DNA of 64,000 bases from Podarcis pityusensis (GCA_964106645.2 OZ067043.1); one strand, 5' to 3'; shown: positions 35,916-49,317, counted from the first letter of the stretch. The notes: generated from the sequence alone by a model not told the origin. Translations and numbers: made by a program.

Positions 35916-38651
35916 TTGTCTTGGACTTGAGATGTGTAATCGTAGTATCTTAGAACAAAAGAGGAGTGTTGTTTCTATTTTTAATTGAGATTGCTGACTC
36001 TGTGTCACCTCACTTCAGTGTCTAATTCAACCCTTGCTTGGGTGAGCAAATCAGTTTTCATCCCCAAACAACAGACTTATCTGTTACAGCAGGATTTGTC
36101 CCCTCTACCAGAGAAAAATAAATTCAACCTTGGTTCATTTAGGACTTTGTCATGAACTTTGAATGACAAACCTTCCTCTTCACACATTCCTTACTTATTT
36201 TTGTTAGTTTTGCTTTAATTATCTCCAGAATTAGCACTGCTTCATTTTGTAGATCCTGTGTAGGAACGCTTTAGCAAGACATTTTTCTAAACCCTCAACA
36301 GGTGTGAAGCAAGTTGCAGCTGTCTCACTGGCCATGTAGCCCAGTTGCTTATTAGAATCTGAGCCAATTGGCCACTGCAACAGCTTTGCCCTTGCTCTGG
36401 CTATGTACACCCTATGCCATTAAAGCACATCTGAAACACATTCTTTCCCCTCAAAGAGTTACAATCCCAGTGAACCTTAACAAACAACAGTGTTCAGAAT
36501 TCTCTGAAGAATGTGCTTCGAATTTGCTCTAAAGGTATAGTGTTTGTACACGGCTGTTTATCCAGTGAATGTGCAGTCTGTTGCATTTGTGCCTGATTGG
36601 ACGTCCTGCATATTTTTGAATGGGAGGTGAACTGGAGCACAACGGTTCCTCTGAGCAAGGCTATCCTCTGTGGGTTGAACAATGAGTGAAGCGCATGTGA
36701 CATTGGTAGCCTGCTTTAGTATTGCCCAATAGAGGGGAAGTGGCTGAATAAGCCCTAAAAAGAAACTAGATAGGCAACTATCCAGAATGTTTTAGTCTGA
36801 AGGAATCTTGCTGGGGCAGGGGATTGGACTATATTGCCTCCAATGATATTTCTAATATTCTTTAATTTAAAAGCAGTGCCTAGCACCTACCTTGCCACAA
36901 AATGTTGCATCTATTTCCAAAACTGCCCTGTAAAAGTAAGATAGAAGCTTGTTTGTTTTTCAGAAGGACATGCCAGCGTGGACGGAGTTAATCCCCTCCA
37001 AGCCGAAGCTTGTAGTTTTGTTTTCTTTCAATTTATATCCTTCGCTTAAAAAGGGAGGGAGGAGGGGGAAGAAACGCCCGGCAGGTGACATATTCTAAGA
37101 GGGAGCAGCGAAATCGTGTTAACCACTTCAAAATCTCATATATTCAATCGGCCTCTGGCAAGACATCTGCCTAATGTTAGCGCTTAAATATCCTTTTCCA
37201 TTTTACATGCATTCAAGTCTCATTTGAGTGAAATGAAACGGTATTATTAAAGGGAGATTTTGCACAAATGGCCTGAATTTGACATGTCAAGTTCAATGAG
37301 GCTGTTACATATGTAATGCTGAGAAGGGGCTCCGAGGCTCCTGGCACTTGAAACAGCGCCAGTGGCTCAGAAATGAAATTTGCATGCAGCCCTTTCTCTC
37401 CCCACCCTTCCACTGCCTCCCACGGAATGCCAAGTAGCTGCTCATGCAGTACACAGCCCTGGGTTAGGATCCGGGGACAAGGCACAGTGCCCCATGGTGA
37501 AGCACTGAAGGGATCGAGATGCTGGCCCCCCAAGCTCTATAGTTGACTTAAGATAAAACATTAAAAGAATCGCTGTGTTGAAAGGTGCCCCAGCTGCCCT
37601 CTAATCTGCCTCCACCCAGCCACCCAGTCATGGCAGAATCCTCTGGATCCTTTATGCAACTCTTGCAAATGGACTTTCAGTCTTCTAATGTAAAGATGAT
37701 GAGATTCTACAGTGACCTTGCTTATTTCCAACACATTTGCACATTTAAGCAATATCCAGGCATGTCTAACGTCAGTACCCAGCTTTATCAGCACCTAGCG
37801 TTGGCAGGTTCTCATGAATTGCTAAGGGCCCACTCAGCCAGGTTTCCAGTCCTGGTGCAAATCCCAGTCTACCTTCCTTCCAGCTTTCCAGGTGATCAAG
37901 AGACTAGTGAGAGGCTGCACTCAAGGATAATGGAAGTGTTTGAGCACTCTCATTGGAGAGAGGCGACTTTCATGGTACTTTCCTCCTTAGAGAGGGGGTG
38001 GCACAAAAACCTGAAGCCCAAGCCCTGCTAACTCCCCACCCGCCCATCTGTTCTATTGCTGCTGAATTAAAAGTGAATGGGAAGGTATCCTAACAAAGCT
38101 AGCTAGCACTGTGGTTTTCTAACACTCACTGATTCAGGCTGTGCCACCTGCACTGATCCTACAGGTTCATTTGTAATTGTGGATTAGCACAACCTGAACA
38201 GTTTATGAGTGCATTTGCACTGATTCAGCATATCTAGTGCTCAGAAAAAAAATTGTGTTAATAAGTGGCCCTACTATTTAACCAAAATCTGTGGGTTTTA
38301 TTTAGTGTAGCATTAAGCAGATAGTTCTCTCAGTGCAAGGATTTCTCCTTGTGCAGTGAAACACTTTCCCCCGTTCTTCCCCCAGCATACTCTCTAAATC
38401 TGTTCTGGGATTTCCCCTGACACTCTGGAGCAGATTTGGGGATGGCATGGGGCACATACAGAGAGGAAGAGAGGGGATTTTTTTTGTTTTACTAGTGCAA
38501 CTATTTCACTGAATACCACATTGTTCCTCTACATCACAACACATGCAGGAAGTTCCTTATTTAGAGAAATGGGTCATGATGTAGGACAAAAGCTGAGAGC
38601 TTCAAGATTCTGTAGGACAACTAGATCCATAGTATGGCTGCATCCTTACAT

Positions 38652-38789
38652 CAGGGATGGGAAACCTATGGCCCTCTAGGTGTTGCTGGACTCCAACTCT
38701 CATCAGTCCCAGCCTGCATGGCCAGTGGCCAGGGATAATGGGAATTGTAGCCCAACAGTGTATGAAGAGCCATAGGTTCCTCACGTATG
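38652..38789. mobile_element. Palindromic hAT-like MITE
   Basis: cagggatgggaaacctatggc / gccataggttcctcac, plus internal inverted arms. Confidence 0.78.
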
Positions 38790-39050
38790 TCAGGAACCTT
38801 GGTGGTCTGAGATGAGTCTGCTCATTTATTTTTGCTGAGCCATATGTATGGAATGCACACCCAGTGCTTAAACTCCCCCTTCCTCCTGTATCAGTATTTT
38901 GGTATAACATTGCCAGCATCCTCCTATTCCATTAGCACTATTATGTAGACATAACAGGAGATAGTAGAGAGAATGAGATAAAAAACAGGGCTCTTCCAGA
39001 TAACCAGTGTACTGAGCATTCATCCTAATTTGTTTGTACACACACACACA

Positions 39051-39195
39051 GAGTGCTTTTTTCTGGGGGGAAGAAGGGGTACACATACCCCTAAACATTT
39101 TGTGAATCTAAGTTTGGCCTCATTGAAGGGCAGCATTTCAATATGAGTAGGAAAATGAAAGTACCCCTAAACATTTTTTAAGGAAAAAAGCACTG
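39051..39195. mobile_element. hAT-like MITE inserted in a (CA)n tract
   Basis: TIRs agtgctttttt / aaaaaagcactg. Internal direct repeat tacccctaaacatttt x2. tacacaca on both flanks. Confidence 0.78.
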
Positions 39196-39699
39196 TACAC
39201 ACACACACACACACACTCTATACAACATCACTATTGAACATTCAGTTTGAGTGAGTGAAGGTTATATAGCATCACCTGACATTGCCATTATCTGACACTC
39301 TCGAGTGTATTTTCCCATCACTTTTCTTACCACAAAAATTATGTGGCTGTTTTTTGGAAGTGAATTTATTGTGCAAGAACTTAAGAGCACCAAATCCACT
39401 TTAATTGTGCAATCTAAATTTACTGGTATATGATAGAATCATACCTGCAAAATCGTGACAGTCTGGAAGTGGCCACACTGAGTATAATCACTGAGCACAG
39501 TCTTGAGTTCAGGTAAGACACTCCAGTTTGAAATACGGTGTTTTCTACACTTCTGTAATCATGAGTTGGATTGATCCACTAGGAACTCACCTATAGGGAG
39601 CTTATGAGCAGGTACCACAAAGTTCCCTGGGTAATCCAGCAGTTGACTGCCCCAGCCCTCTTCAGAATCCTCCTGAGAAGCTAATCCCCAAGAGGTGTG

Positions 39700-40700
39700 C
39701 AAGATGTAATCCTTTCCCCCCAATAAGAATAAATGGAGTGCATAAAACATAAATAAGTCCCATTGTCACATGCCATGCATCAGGGTCACCGCTCTCACCT
39801 CTTGGCTCTCTTAGATTTACGCCCAGTGACATAAACCGGCCAGACAACACACTCGTACCTCCAAAGCACCCAACACTCAGGTCTTACAGAGCTTCAAGCG
39901 AGGGAGATTAGAGACATTTATGAGTGAGGGCCTTTTTTCTTTCACAAAGCTCCATTGAAATACCTAGTAAATCTCTCACCTTAAAAGCAACCTGACAACC
40001 AAGCAGAGATCTAAAGAGACAGTGACTAGCCAGCATTACTCTCAGTGAGAATTAGACCCCGGTGGCCCCCCATCTCCCTCCATTCGCTAACTTTTTTCTC
40101 ATTAGTTTCCCTTTGATTCCCCCCACCCATCAGCTTTTTAACATTTCATCCTTTCTTTCTTCCCTCTTCTCCTCCCCCTCCTTCCCATGGTATCATGGCG
40201 ACATCTCCAAGCCAAGTACTTTTAATTTCGCCTGTGGCCCTTGCTGACACCGTGGATATGCACAGCAAGTTAAATTCCCGCCTGATCAATAAAGCAGAAG
40301 CCGTGTGTCCGACCGGTCGATACTTTTTTATCTGTCTTCAGCCCAGTCCTGCTGATGACAGGCCTCTTGCGCATTGCCAAAGACACTCAAGGGCAACCGG
40401 GCTTTCAAAAACACGAGCACTTTAAATATATATATATCATTATTATTATTATTATTTTATTATTATGTTTATAATCCCCTCCCAAAAAAACCTCTGATAT
40501 ATCCCTATAGGAAGACGGAAAGCAGTTCACAGTGTTTGGCCTTTGCTTGAAACATTTTTATGATTTATCTTAATTTTTAATTGAAAAAAAACTTGTGAAT
40601 TAATTGATTTCTGGGGCTTGCCAATTAACATTGTAATTGGGTGCATGATAAATTCTGAGGCAGTGTAATTTTTTATTCTTGTCACCAAGAGGGGCTTGGT
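39700..40700. promoter_or_regulatory. Candidate enhancer cluster
   Basis: CATAAA repeats, TGATTTAT (40561), TAATT cluster, CGACCGGTCG. Confidence 0.55.
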
Positions 40701-41799
40701 GAGGGCAGCTTTTTTCTGCATGTCCCCTTGCATAGAACGTACTCTACTTCCAAGGTACAGCCTTGTTTGCTGCTAGCAGCTTCTTCAGAAAGAGAGATCA
40801 GTAACCTATTCAGCTTTGCAAAATGGGATCTCTCAAAGGCATAAATTCATGCCTGGTAGATCTGAAGGAGAGGGCAGTTCCCTCACAAGGTTCTTATCCT
40901 TCTAGTTTTCCCTTCCCATTCCACAGCATATACCTAATCAATGCTTCCTCCATTCAGTTATGGCTTAGAAAAGTGAAAGTCTTGAGCTGTTGCTCCTGAA
41001 GTAGTGTTGCCCAGTTGAAACTCTGGGAATATGCATATACCTTTGGATCTCCCAGTGAATAGCAAATGAGGCAGCCACAGCTTATTCCATCCATTCTTTC
41101 TCTTTCTTTGCACACTTGGAGCCTTGCCTGCTTGCCACACAGCTGGTGGGTAGAAGAAAGGGGGCAGAAAGACTATGGCTACTATGTCTCCCACTTCTTG
41201 GAGGTGGTGGGGCTTCAAAATATATGAATATTTTGTAGGACACAACCTGGCAATCCTGTCTAAAAATAAATTTGGCAACGAAGAGAAATAGAGGTGTTGT
41301 CACGGCCTGGTCATTATGCTTTGGTAAGGGAATATGCATCACCCTGCTATGTAACATTTGAGTTGGCAGGTGGAGGAGATGCCCATCTTTAAAGTTTAGA
41401 GAATACTTGTGTACCATCGCCCAAATGCTCAAGTTAAAGGCCCTTTTCCCAGTCTCATTCATTACCCATTACTCAAAGACCCTGTAGGCAGAACAGAAAG
41501 AAGAGGTGAAGAGGGTATACATAAAGAGGAATGGAGAGTCAGCCCTTTACAATTTTCAACCAATAGAAGACTCATCAGCTTCTGCATAGTCCAGTGCTGT
41601 TAGCTGAAAGGTAAAGGTTACCAGAATGCCACTAGCGAGGAGATACGGCACCACAAACCTGTGTGTGGCACAACATCATTAGAGTCCAGCAGAGTCCACA
41701 AACTGTGCATAGACCAATGCTATCACTAAACCTAATGTGTTTTAGTCTTTGCCTCATCCCTAGTTTATGTTCAGTGCAGATGAAGATGAAGATGATTAA

Positions 41800-42740
41800 T
41801 TATTATTATTAATTTTGTTTAGGAATCATTTAATTTATTAATCATTCCCATATATAAAACAGTTATATACATCAAAATTGTTGACACAATTGCACACATA
41901 AAAACAATTTTATACAAAACAATAATAAATATAAAAAGGGGATTAAAACAACTGTGTTCACATACATAAGATCAATTCAGATCGCAACCTGGATAAAGAT
42001 TTTGGAAGGTTTGTTCAAAGAGGAGCATCTTTATCAGGCATTGAAAAGGCAAAGAGAAGGCTGGGCAACCCCGTCAAATGGGTGGAGTACAAATAATAAA
42101 AATATTATTAAAAATTATTATTACTTGTCTGGTATGCAGTGGGAGGGAGTTCCAAAGGACAGGTGTCACTACACTAAAGGCTTGATTCTGGCATTGTACA
42201 GAACAGACCTCCTGATAGGATTCCCTCTTCTTCAGAAAACAGTAATTGGGTATGTAAGGAGTGAGACAATATTTTAGGCATCTTCGTATTTGTACACCAA
42301 TACCAGCATCTTGAGGGATGCGGGTGCCGCTATGGGTTAAACCACAGAGCCTAGGACTTGTCAATCAGAAGGTCAGCAGTTCGAATCCCCGTGAAAGGGT
42401 GAGCTCCCGTTGCTCAGTCCCTGCCTCTGCCAACCTAGCAATTCGAAAGCATGTCAAAGTGCAAATAGATAAATAGGTACCGCTCCGGCGGGAAGGTAAA
42501 TGGCGTTTCTGTGCGCTGCTCTGGTTTGCCAGAAGCGGCTTAGTCATGCTGTCCACATGACTCGGAAGCTGTACACCGGCTCCTTTGGCCAATAAAGCGA
42601 GATGAGCGCCGCAACCCCAGAGTCGGTCACGACTGGACCTAATGGTCAGGGGTCCCTTTACCTTTTTACCAGCACCTTGAACCTATCTCAGCAGCTAATT
42701 GGCAGCCAATGTACATACAGGTGTGCATGCAGTCAATAGG
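41800..42740 (-). mobile_element. Degenerate L2 3' fragment hosting a Sauria SINE
   Basis: gggagggagttccaaagg and the minus-strand ORF QAFSVVTPVLWNSLP (L2 motif RAFSVAAPxLWNSLP); ggcagccaatg (HWLP) at about 42701. Confidence 0.75.
42315..42666 (+). mobile_element. Sauria SINE, full length
   Basis: gggatgcgggtg...cagaaggtcagcagttcgaatcccc...gccaacctagcaattcgaaagc...ggtccctttacc. 14-bp TSD taccagcatcttga (42301-42314) / taccagcaccttga (42667-42680). Confidence 0.95.
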
Positions 42741-43250
42741 TTTTACATTGATTGCTTCAGCCTTTGAAGGCATCCTACTTTCAGTGGGGAAATTGACAGT
42801 TATGCTGTAGTTAGCTACTGTGCCTTTATTCATGAATATGTCAGCCTCTCTCCAGACTTATGTTCATATCATCAACTTTCATGCTTCTCCATTTTCTTGG
42901 GTACAGGTATGCTACCTTTAGAGTGGTGTATGCCCAAAAGAGTGTAAGTGAATGTTTCTTTTTCAAAAGAAAAGGCCAAGTAATTTTTACTTCGTGTTGA
43001 GTGTGGCCATTTTTTCTACAAACTCTTCAGCTATGCCTCTGTCAACATCCTGTGGTTTTGACAGGATCCTGATACACAAAATTTGCAGAGGAAAAGCTTT
43101 TTCTGGCATAGATATAAGTTGTTGGAGGAGCTTCACCTCCTTAATTGCCGTGTCACAGGCTTCTGTTATAAGCATAGGAGCGAGAGGAGTTTGTTTTTTA
43201 AGGGTGGCAAGTTGTTTTGTGTTGTGATTTCAAACTTCTGTTCTTGACAA

Positions 43251-43601
43251 GGGAGCAAGGTGATGCTGTGGTCTAAACCTCTTGGGCTTGCTGATCAGAA
43301 GGTCGGCAATTCAGGTCAGCGTGACAGGGTGAGCTCCTGATGCTCTGTTGCAGCTCCTGCCAACCTAGCTGTTTCAAAAGCATACCAGTGTGAATACGTA
43401 AATAGACGAGAAGGTAAATGGCGTTTCTGTGCACTCTGGCACTTGTCACAGTGTCCTGTTGCACCATGCTGGCCACATGACCCAGAAAGCTGTCTGCGGA
43501 CAAACTCCGGCTCCCTTGGCCTGAAGCGAGATGAGCGCTGCACCTATTAGTCAAGTTTGACTGGACTTAACCATCCAGAGGTCCTTTACCTGTACCTTTA
43601 C
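43251..43601 (+). mobile_element. Sauria SINE, older or different subfamily
   Basis: Same landmarks with a (ttacct)n tail. TSD cttgacaa (43243-43250) / cttggcaa (43602-43609). Confidence 0.9.
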
Positions 43602-43684
43602 CTTGGCAAACTGAATTCGTGTCCTGCCATATTTGCTATTGAGATGGGTCAGAGACCTGATTGTGACATTAGTGAAAATGGAGA

Positions 43685-43810
43685 CATGGTGTGGTATTCA
43701 ACTAAGTTTTATTCACAGAAGACCCATTTAAATTAATGAACATGATTAAGTTTGGTCCATTAATTTCAGTGTGTCTACTCTGAATAAAATTGAGTTGAAT
43801 ACTACCCATG
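43685..43810. mobile_element. Fold-back MITE (~125 bp)
   Basis: gtggtattcaactaagttttattcacagaagaccc pairs with gtgtctactctgaataaaattgagttgaatactac. Confidence 0.75.
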
Positions 43811-44514
43811 TCCTCTGTTGTTGCACCTCTTCAGTACTGGGACATTGAAGCTTGGCCTAACTTTGTGGCTGAGATTCTGAATGTGACTGATCTTGAACTA
43901 GGCCTCAGAACACAAAAGTTCAAGCTCCACCACATTCTCCCTGTATGACATTAAGTGAATCTGGCAACTCATCTGGGCCTCTGTTCCCCATGTGTATAGA
44001 AAGGTTAATAGAGGTTGTAATTTTAAATTTGTCAGTGATTGTGAGGCCACTTGGACATTTAGTTGTTGAAGGGTGCACCATATGATGAGCAGGTAAGCTA
44101 ACAAAGCGAACCCAGGTGCCCTGGTGAAGGGCAGAGTAGGGAGAAACATGGGCAGCAGAATAGATTGGGCAACTAAGCTCATGGAAAATGTCTATAAGTT
44201 TTTTCCCCTGCAAGCAAAATTCAACTGTAGGCCAATCCTTTTGGTGGATTAAAGCTACCAGCTGGAGGATAATTATTCCCCCATTACAGCTACAGTAACA
44301 AAGATCAGTCTCCACATTCCCTTCCCCCCGGCTTGTATCTTGTCTTTATTTGTCAGACTGGCTTTATGTTTTCCCCCTCCTGTCGTTTTCTTTTCTGGGA
44401 AGAGTTAAGGAGCTGAATTTGTTGGGTTTCAACCCATAAGAAAAGGCAAAACAAAGCGGAAACCAAAATATAGCCATTTGGTTAAAAGAAAACACACACC
44501 CATGTTTCCCTTTA

Positions 44515-44734
44515 CAGTGGTACCTCGGGTTACAGACGCTTCAGGTTACAGACTCTGCTAACCCAGAAATAGTACCTCGGTTTAAGAAATTTACCTCAGG
44601 ATGAGAACAGAAATCGTGCGGCGGCAGCAGGAAGCCCCATTAGCTAAAGTGGTACCTCAGGTTAAGAACAGTTTCAGGTTAAGAACGGACCTCCAGAACA
44701 AATTACCGTAAGTTCTTAACCTGAGGTACCACTG
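44515..44734. mobile_element. Tc1/mariner (Tigger-like) MITE, second copy
   Basis: TA|CAGTGGTACCTCGGGTT...AACCTGAGGTACCACTG|TA; collinear with 4741-4982. Confidence 0.93.
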
Positions 44735-45559
44735 TACTTTATCACTGAGTTGATCTTATGGTGCAAGTGATTGCTTCATGGATTCTTATCCTGAAGCTGC
44801 TGTGTACAAATTGGAGATTACTGGCTATCGTGAGCTTGTGCAAGTGTTATTTTGTGTGGGGTTCCCCCACTGATAAATATAGTGCAGGCTAATGGTCACT
44901 GGTCATCCTGATTTACAGGTTCTTGGTTAGGGTTGTAACAAGAGGGCAAGAGATCACTATGGCCTGATTTTAGTGTGGGCAAGTCAATTGCTTGTATTGG
45001 AGTTTGGCTGCTTCAGCAGATGTACCATTTCTACCCTGCTGCTGATTTGGGGAAGTGCCAAGATGAGTCTCTTGGGGCTAGCATTTGCTTAGCATTGAGT
45101 GCCAAGCTTTTTAAAGTCTACCCCATTCCCTGCAGCACTACCCTCCCATTTTGTGAGGGTAGATTTGTTTTCTGCTTAGTTCTTTGATGGTCAGGTGGTT
45201 GCTCTCTCCAACACAACTGTGCTATTACTATAGTAATTCTACTATTACTATTATTTTTTATCAAAATTTCTATACTACCCTTCATCTGAAGATCACTGGG
45301 TGGTTTACAGTATAAAAGCACAAAAATGCATAACATTATACAGTAACAAACAAAAGCAATAACCCCTCCCCATAGACTTTTTCACTGTAACAGAATTGCC
45401 TGTGCTCCAATGTGTGGACTGCTATTGTCTCTGAATGGTAGAATTAGTGCAAGGATAGAAGTGTGGTTGGGACATTCATTTACATACTGTTATAACAAGC
45501 CCTCAGGAATCTTTATTCTACACTTTCTAGGCAGAAATCCCAAATAGCTGTTTGCTGTG

Positions 45560-45700
45560 ATTCAGTTTTAAAGAGCAGATTTTTGTGGGGAAAGCTCCGG
45601 AGCAAAAAATAAAAGGGTGTGTGTGTGCTCAGACACAGAGCTTTAAAGTGTGGACCTGTTCCTGGAAAGAGCGGAGCAAATGTTAAGTAAGGATAAGCCC
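45560..45700. mobile_element. Harbinger-like MITE right arm
   Basis: Inverted match to the 5297 left arm (ctcagacacagagctttaaag...ggacctg...ggataagccc|taa). Confidence 0.72.
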
Positions 45701-45852
45701 TAAGTCAAAATGAGTAGATGCTCCCTCTCTAATGTGGCGGTCAGGTGGAACTGAATTTATTGAGAAAAAGCTCCAATCCTAGCTCAGACAGCAAAGCACA
45801 GAGGCTACACCTGCCTTAGTATCACTTTCCAAGCAACTCTTACTTAAAGCTT

Positions 45853-46062
45853 TGGGTTGTTTCCAAATAACTCATCAGCCCAAGGATTTCTGCTTGTGCA
45901 ACAGAATTGCCCCTTTTTTGTGTGCCCCCCGTTCCCTTCTCAGATCTTCTGTGGGTGGTTGGGCAGAAACCCAGAACAGATTTAGGAGGGCCTGGGAGAG
46001 GGGGAGTTCCACTGTGCAAGCAGAAATCTTTGTGCTGATGGAATGAGTTAGTTGGATACCTA
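45853..46062. mobile_element. Palindromic MITE (relative at about 38330-38515)
   Basis: aactcatcagcccaaggatttctgcttgtgca / tgtgcaagcagaaatctttgtgctgatggaatgagtt. Confidence 0.72.
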
Positions 46063-46115
46063 TGGCTGTACACCATGAAAATATAACAGGGAAGGATAGC
46101 AGGCAGGAAAGAGAA

Positions 46116-46325
46116 GGGTCATTGCTCAGTAGAGGAACACATGCCTTGTGTGCAGTAGGTTACAGGTTCAATTCCCAGTATCTCCAGTAAGAACTGAGAA
46201 AATATTCCTGTCAGAAATCCTAGAAAGCTGCCGCCAGTCAAAATAGAGTCTGTACTGTCTGTATCAGTACTGAGCTAGATGGGCCAATGATTTGACTCAG
46301 CATGATAGCTTCCCATATTTCTATG
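46116..46325 (+). mobile_element. tRNA(Ala)-like SINE
   Basis: A box tgctcagtagagg, B box ggttcaattccc, tail tactgagctagatgggccaatgatttgactcag. Truncated relative at about 57365-57470. Confidence 0.75.
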
Positions 46326-49317
46326 CATCTATATATATATATATTTAATACAGATTGCTGTCAGATTTTTAAATACTGCCTGCATTCATGAAGGCTATAA
46401 ATGAACTTATTTTATATGGAAGTTTGTGTCAAAGCAATGGAACCAACCAACAAAACTCCATGTTCTCTGCTAGTGTCCCTCATTTCAATTAGGTTTGAAG
46501 CACATCCATTATCAAACTATAAGCCAGGATGATTAACAATTTTACATTCATGCTCATGTCATCCTCAGATTTTATTTGGGCTTCTGGGAGGCTGAACTGA
46601 AGAAAAGTAAAAACAGACTTTTAGACCACTTTATGTTTTATCTAAAAGTGGCAGTGTGCAGACTCACTGTACTTATCCCCATTTGGCAAGCAATATTTTC
46701 CTCTCATGTTGGAGCATTTTCCCAGTGACTACTAGCTGATATAGGTCCCCCCCACACACACACAACGAATCCCTGCTTCCTTCATGTTGAGCCTTCCCAT
46801 GGAACAGTCACTGATTAAAAGTGACATTTAAAATTTCCGGTTTACTTTTTCACTGCCTCTATTTATTGCCTCTCCCCCTCCTTCCCGCACACACACACAA
46901 CACTTCATATGGTTGAAGCCAGCTCACTGCCCCTATTCCATTGTAGCACCTTTTGCTATTGCATGTCATTGTGTAAGCAGTGCATTCCAAGGTAAAATGT
47001 TGTTATTCCAAAAAGGAATTCTTATCAAGAGGCTTAATTTTAAACGCTTCTAAAACCAATAAAGCAGACTGCTATTAAGATGCTGAATGGGGTGTCAAGA
47101 GTTTCACTCACTCACTTGGTGTCAGCTGGAGCTAGGAAAGCTCATGACCCCTTTAAAGCAGATGCCTCAGGATAACCCTCAGACTGCCCGGTTTTATACT
47201 GAATTAGGCTAGTGGTCCATTTGGCCCAGTAGTGTCAACTGCTCTTCAGGAAGACCAAGTGGGGTCTCTACAAGTAGAGCCATCAGATGTCAGGCAAGAC
47301 TTGGGAAGGGAGTTCATAGTCGTGCATCTCTAGATAGCTGGGACTCTTGTGCCACTGACAATTTAGAACACACTTTTAACTAGTTTGTAGAAAAGCAATC
47401 AAATTAATGTATTTTTTTAACAGCAGAAAACGAGGTCCACTCCAGATTGGAGTACTAAAAACTATATTTATTGCATGAAAGAGAGCAAGTAAGATGATGA
47501 CTTATGTGGACCAAGTGGTGATCATAGAAGCAGAAGTTGCAAACGTTCCCCCCCGCCCCAAGATTAAATATTCAAGAGGATAATAGATTGTTGAGTTATT
47601 GTATAACTCCCATTCATTTCTATGTGGTTTCTGTTGGAGAACTTCCCAGTTGACTTGCTCTTTGCCAAATATTAAATTACTCTTTGCAGTCTGAGTGTTC
47701 AGGATCAGTTGTGTTACAAACTCAGTAAAAGTGTGATCCTATGGCTTTGGAATGACATCCCGGGGGCCATAGGATACAGAAGATCTTCTCCACCATTGGT
47801 GGAGAGGGAGGTCTGCCATCAGAGAGGGACTCCTGGATGCTTCCTTATAGTGGTGGCAGAGAGCTGTGTTGTTGGTACTCCAGTAACAGAAAGAACAAGG
47901 GTGTGGGTTTCCTGGGCACATTGGGGGAAGCTTTGGATTCAGTGGATCTAAAGCTCCCTACTGGGCATGCCCTTGGAACAGGAAATAATGATTTCCCTCC
48001 CATTGGAGTCTATAGAGCTTTCCCCACCCTCTGCTGATGTGAGCCCAGCAGGGCTGGGAATATGGTGTTTCTTCTTCCCCTTCCCAATAGGATTGCTTTG
48101 TAAATATGTGCTTCTGCTTCATAACAGATGTGTTTGCAACATAGCCAAATGCTAACACATATATCAACATGGATCAACATGGAAACAATAATTTTTCTTA
48201 GAAATATGCAAAGCCCCAAGAACGAAAATCTAACCCACAAACTCCCCCTTAGCCTCATTAGGGGATGATAGCTATTCCCCATCTGTTAATTCCTGCCTCT
48301 TTGTGATCTGCTGCTACCTAAAAGGGGCAAGTAAGTTGTGCTATCATAATGAACTGGATAAACAATTCCCCAAACAGATTAAAACTAACTGTAACTTGTA
48401 AAGGGTGGGAGGATGGGGGGTATGTAGTAATTATATTTTATTAGCTAGCAAAGCACCATTTTTTGCTTTCAAAGGATAATTCTATGTAAATCATCTTAAT
48501 TAGAAGTGTCAGACAAACCTGTGAAGATCATAGTTAGCAAGTAATTTCCTATGTATGGGTTATAATTTAAACCACATGGATCGCTCACTGTGTGGCAATA
48601 TGCTGGCCATGAAATAATGTGGGGAGTGTCGGTTGAGGTTATTACTATGTAAATGTGTGATCATTTCAGACCGCTCCTGACTTGCTTAGTGATTAAAGAG
48701 AATTCTGAGGTCTCCAAAGATTGTGCTCTTTGCAAGGGCCTGGAGCAGAAAACTTTAAAAGGTGCTGGAAAGTGTTTGAACTTTAAAGGTCGTGATTTCC
48801 CTTTTACCATTTTTAATTTGCCACCACTGTTTATGGGAAGGAAGGTTTCTCTTTGCTTATGGCCTCTCACTTTCCCAACCATCAGGCTAGCGATTAATGA
48901 TTTGCTCCTGGAAGGACTGGACGAGAGAGAGTGTTGCCGCTTTACACAATACATTTACCTATGCACATAACTTACCTGTGTGTTTAAAAACACGATCTCT
49001 TACTTGGTTCTTTAATCCCAGAAGAAGAGGCTGAAATGGAGGTGTCAGCCTGTTCTGGGGTTTGTGTTCTTATAATGAAGCTACAGATATGCCATACTTG
49101 TAGGAGGAATGGTCCCTTGGCCTGACCTGGTAAGACTGTATTATTGCACTGAAGTGTGACCCACAAAAATCACATTCTAATTTTCTAGATGAATTAATCT
49201 GGACTAGTTACCGCTAGTTAAATGATCTTCAGCATGTGCTGTTACTACTGAGAGTAGAATCAGAAGCACTTATACTTCTCAAATATTGTCACCTTGCTTT
49301 AACTGTACTCATCGTCT

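Noticed and set aside
37585-38031. 148-aa ORF
   Set aside because: GTG start, no recognisable domain or splice context; consistent with chance.
43685-43810. Pre-miRNA hairpin (also the other fold-back elements)
   Set aside because: Terminal inverted repeats and, for most, multiple relatives in the window identify them as MITEs; no expression evidence.
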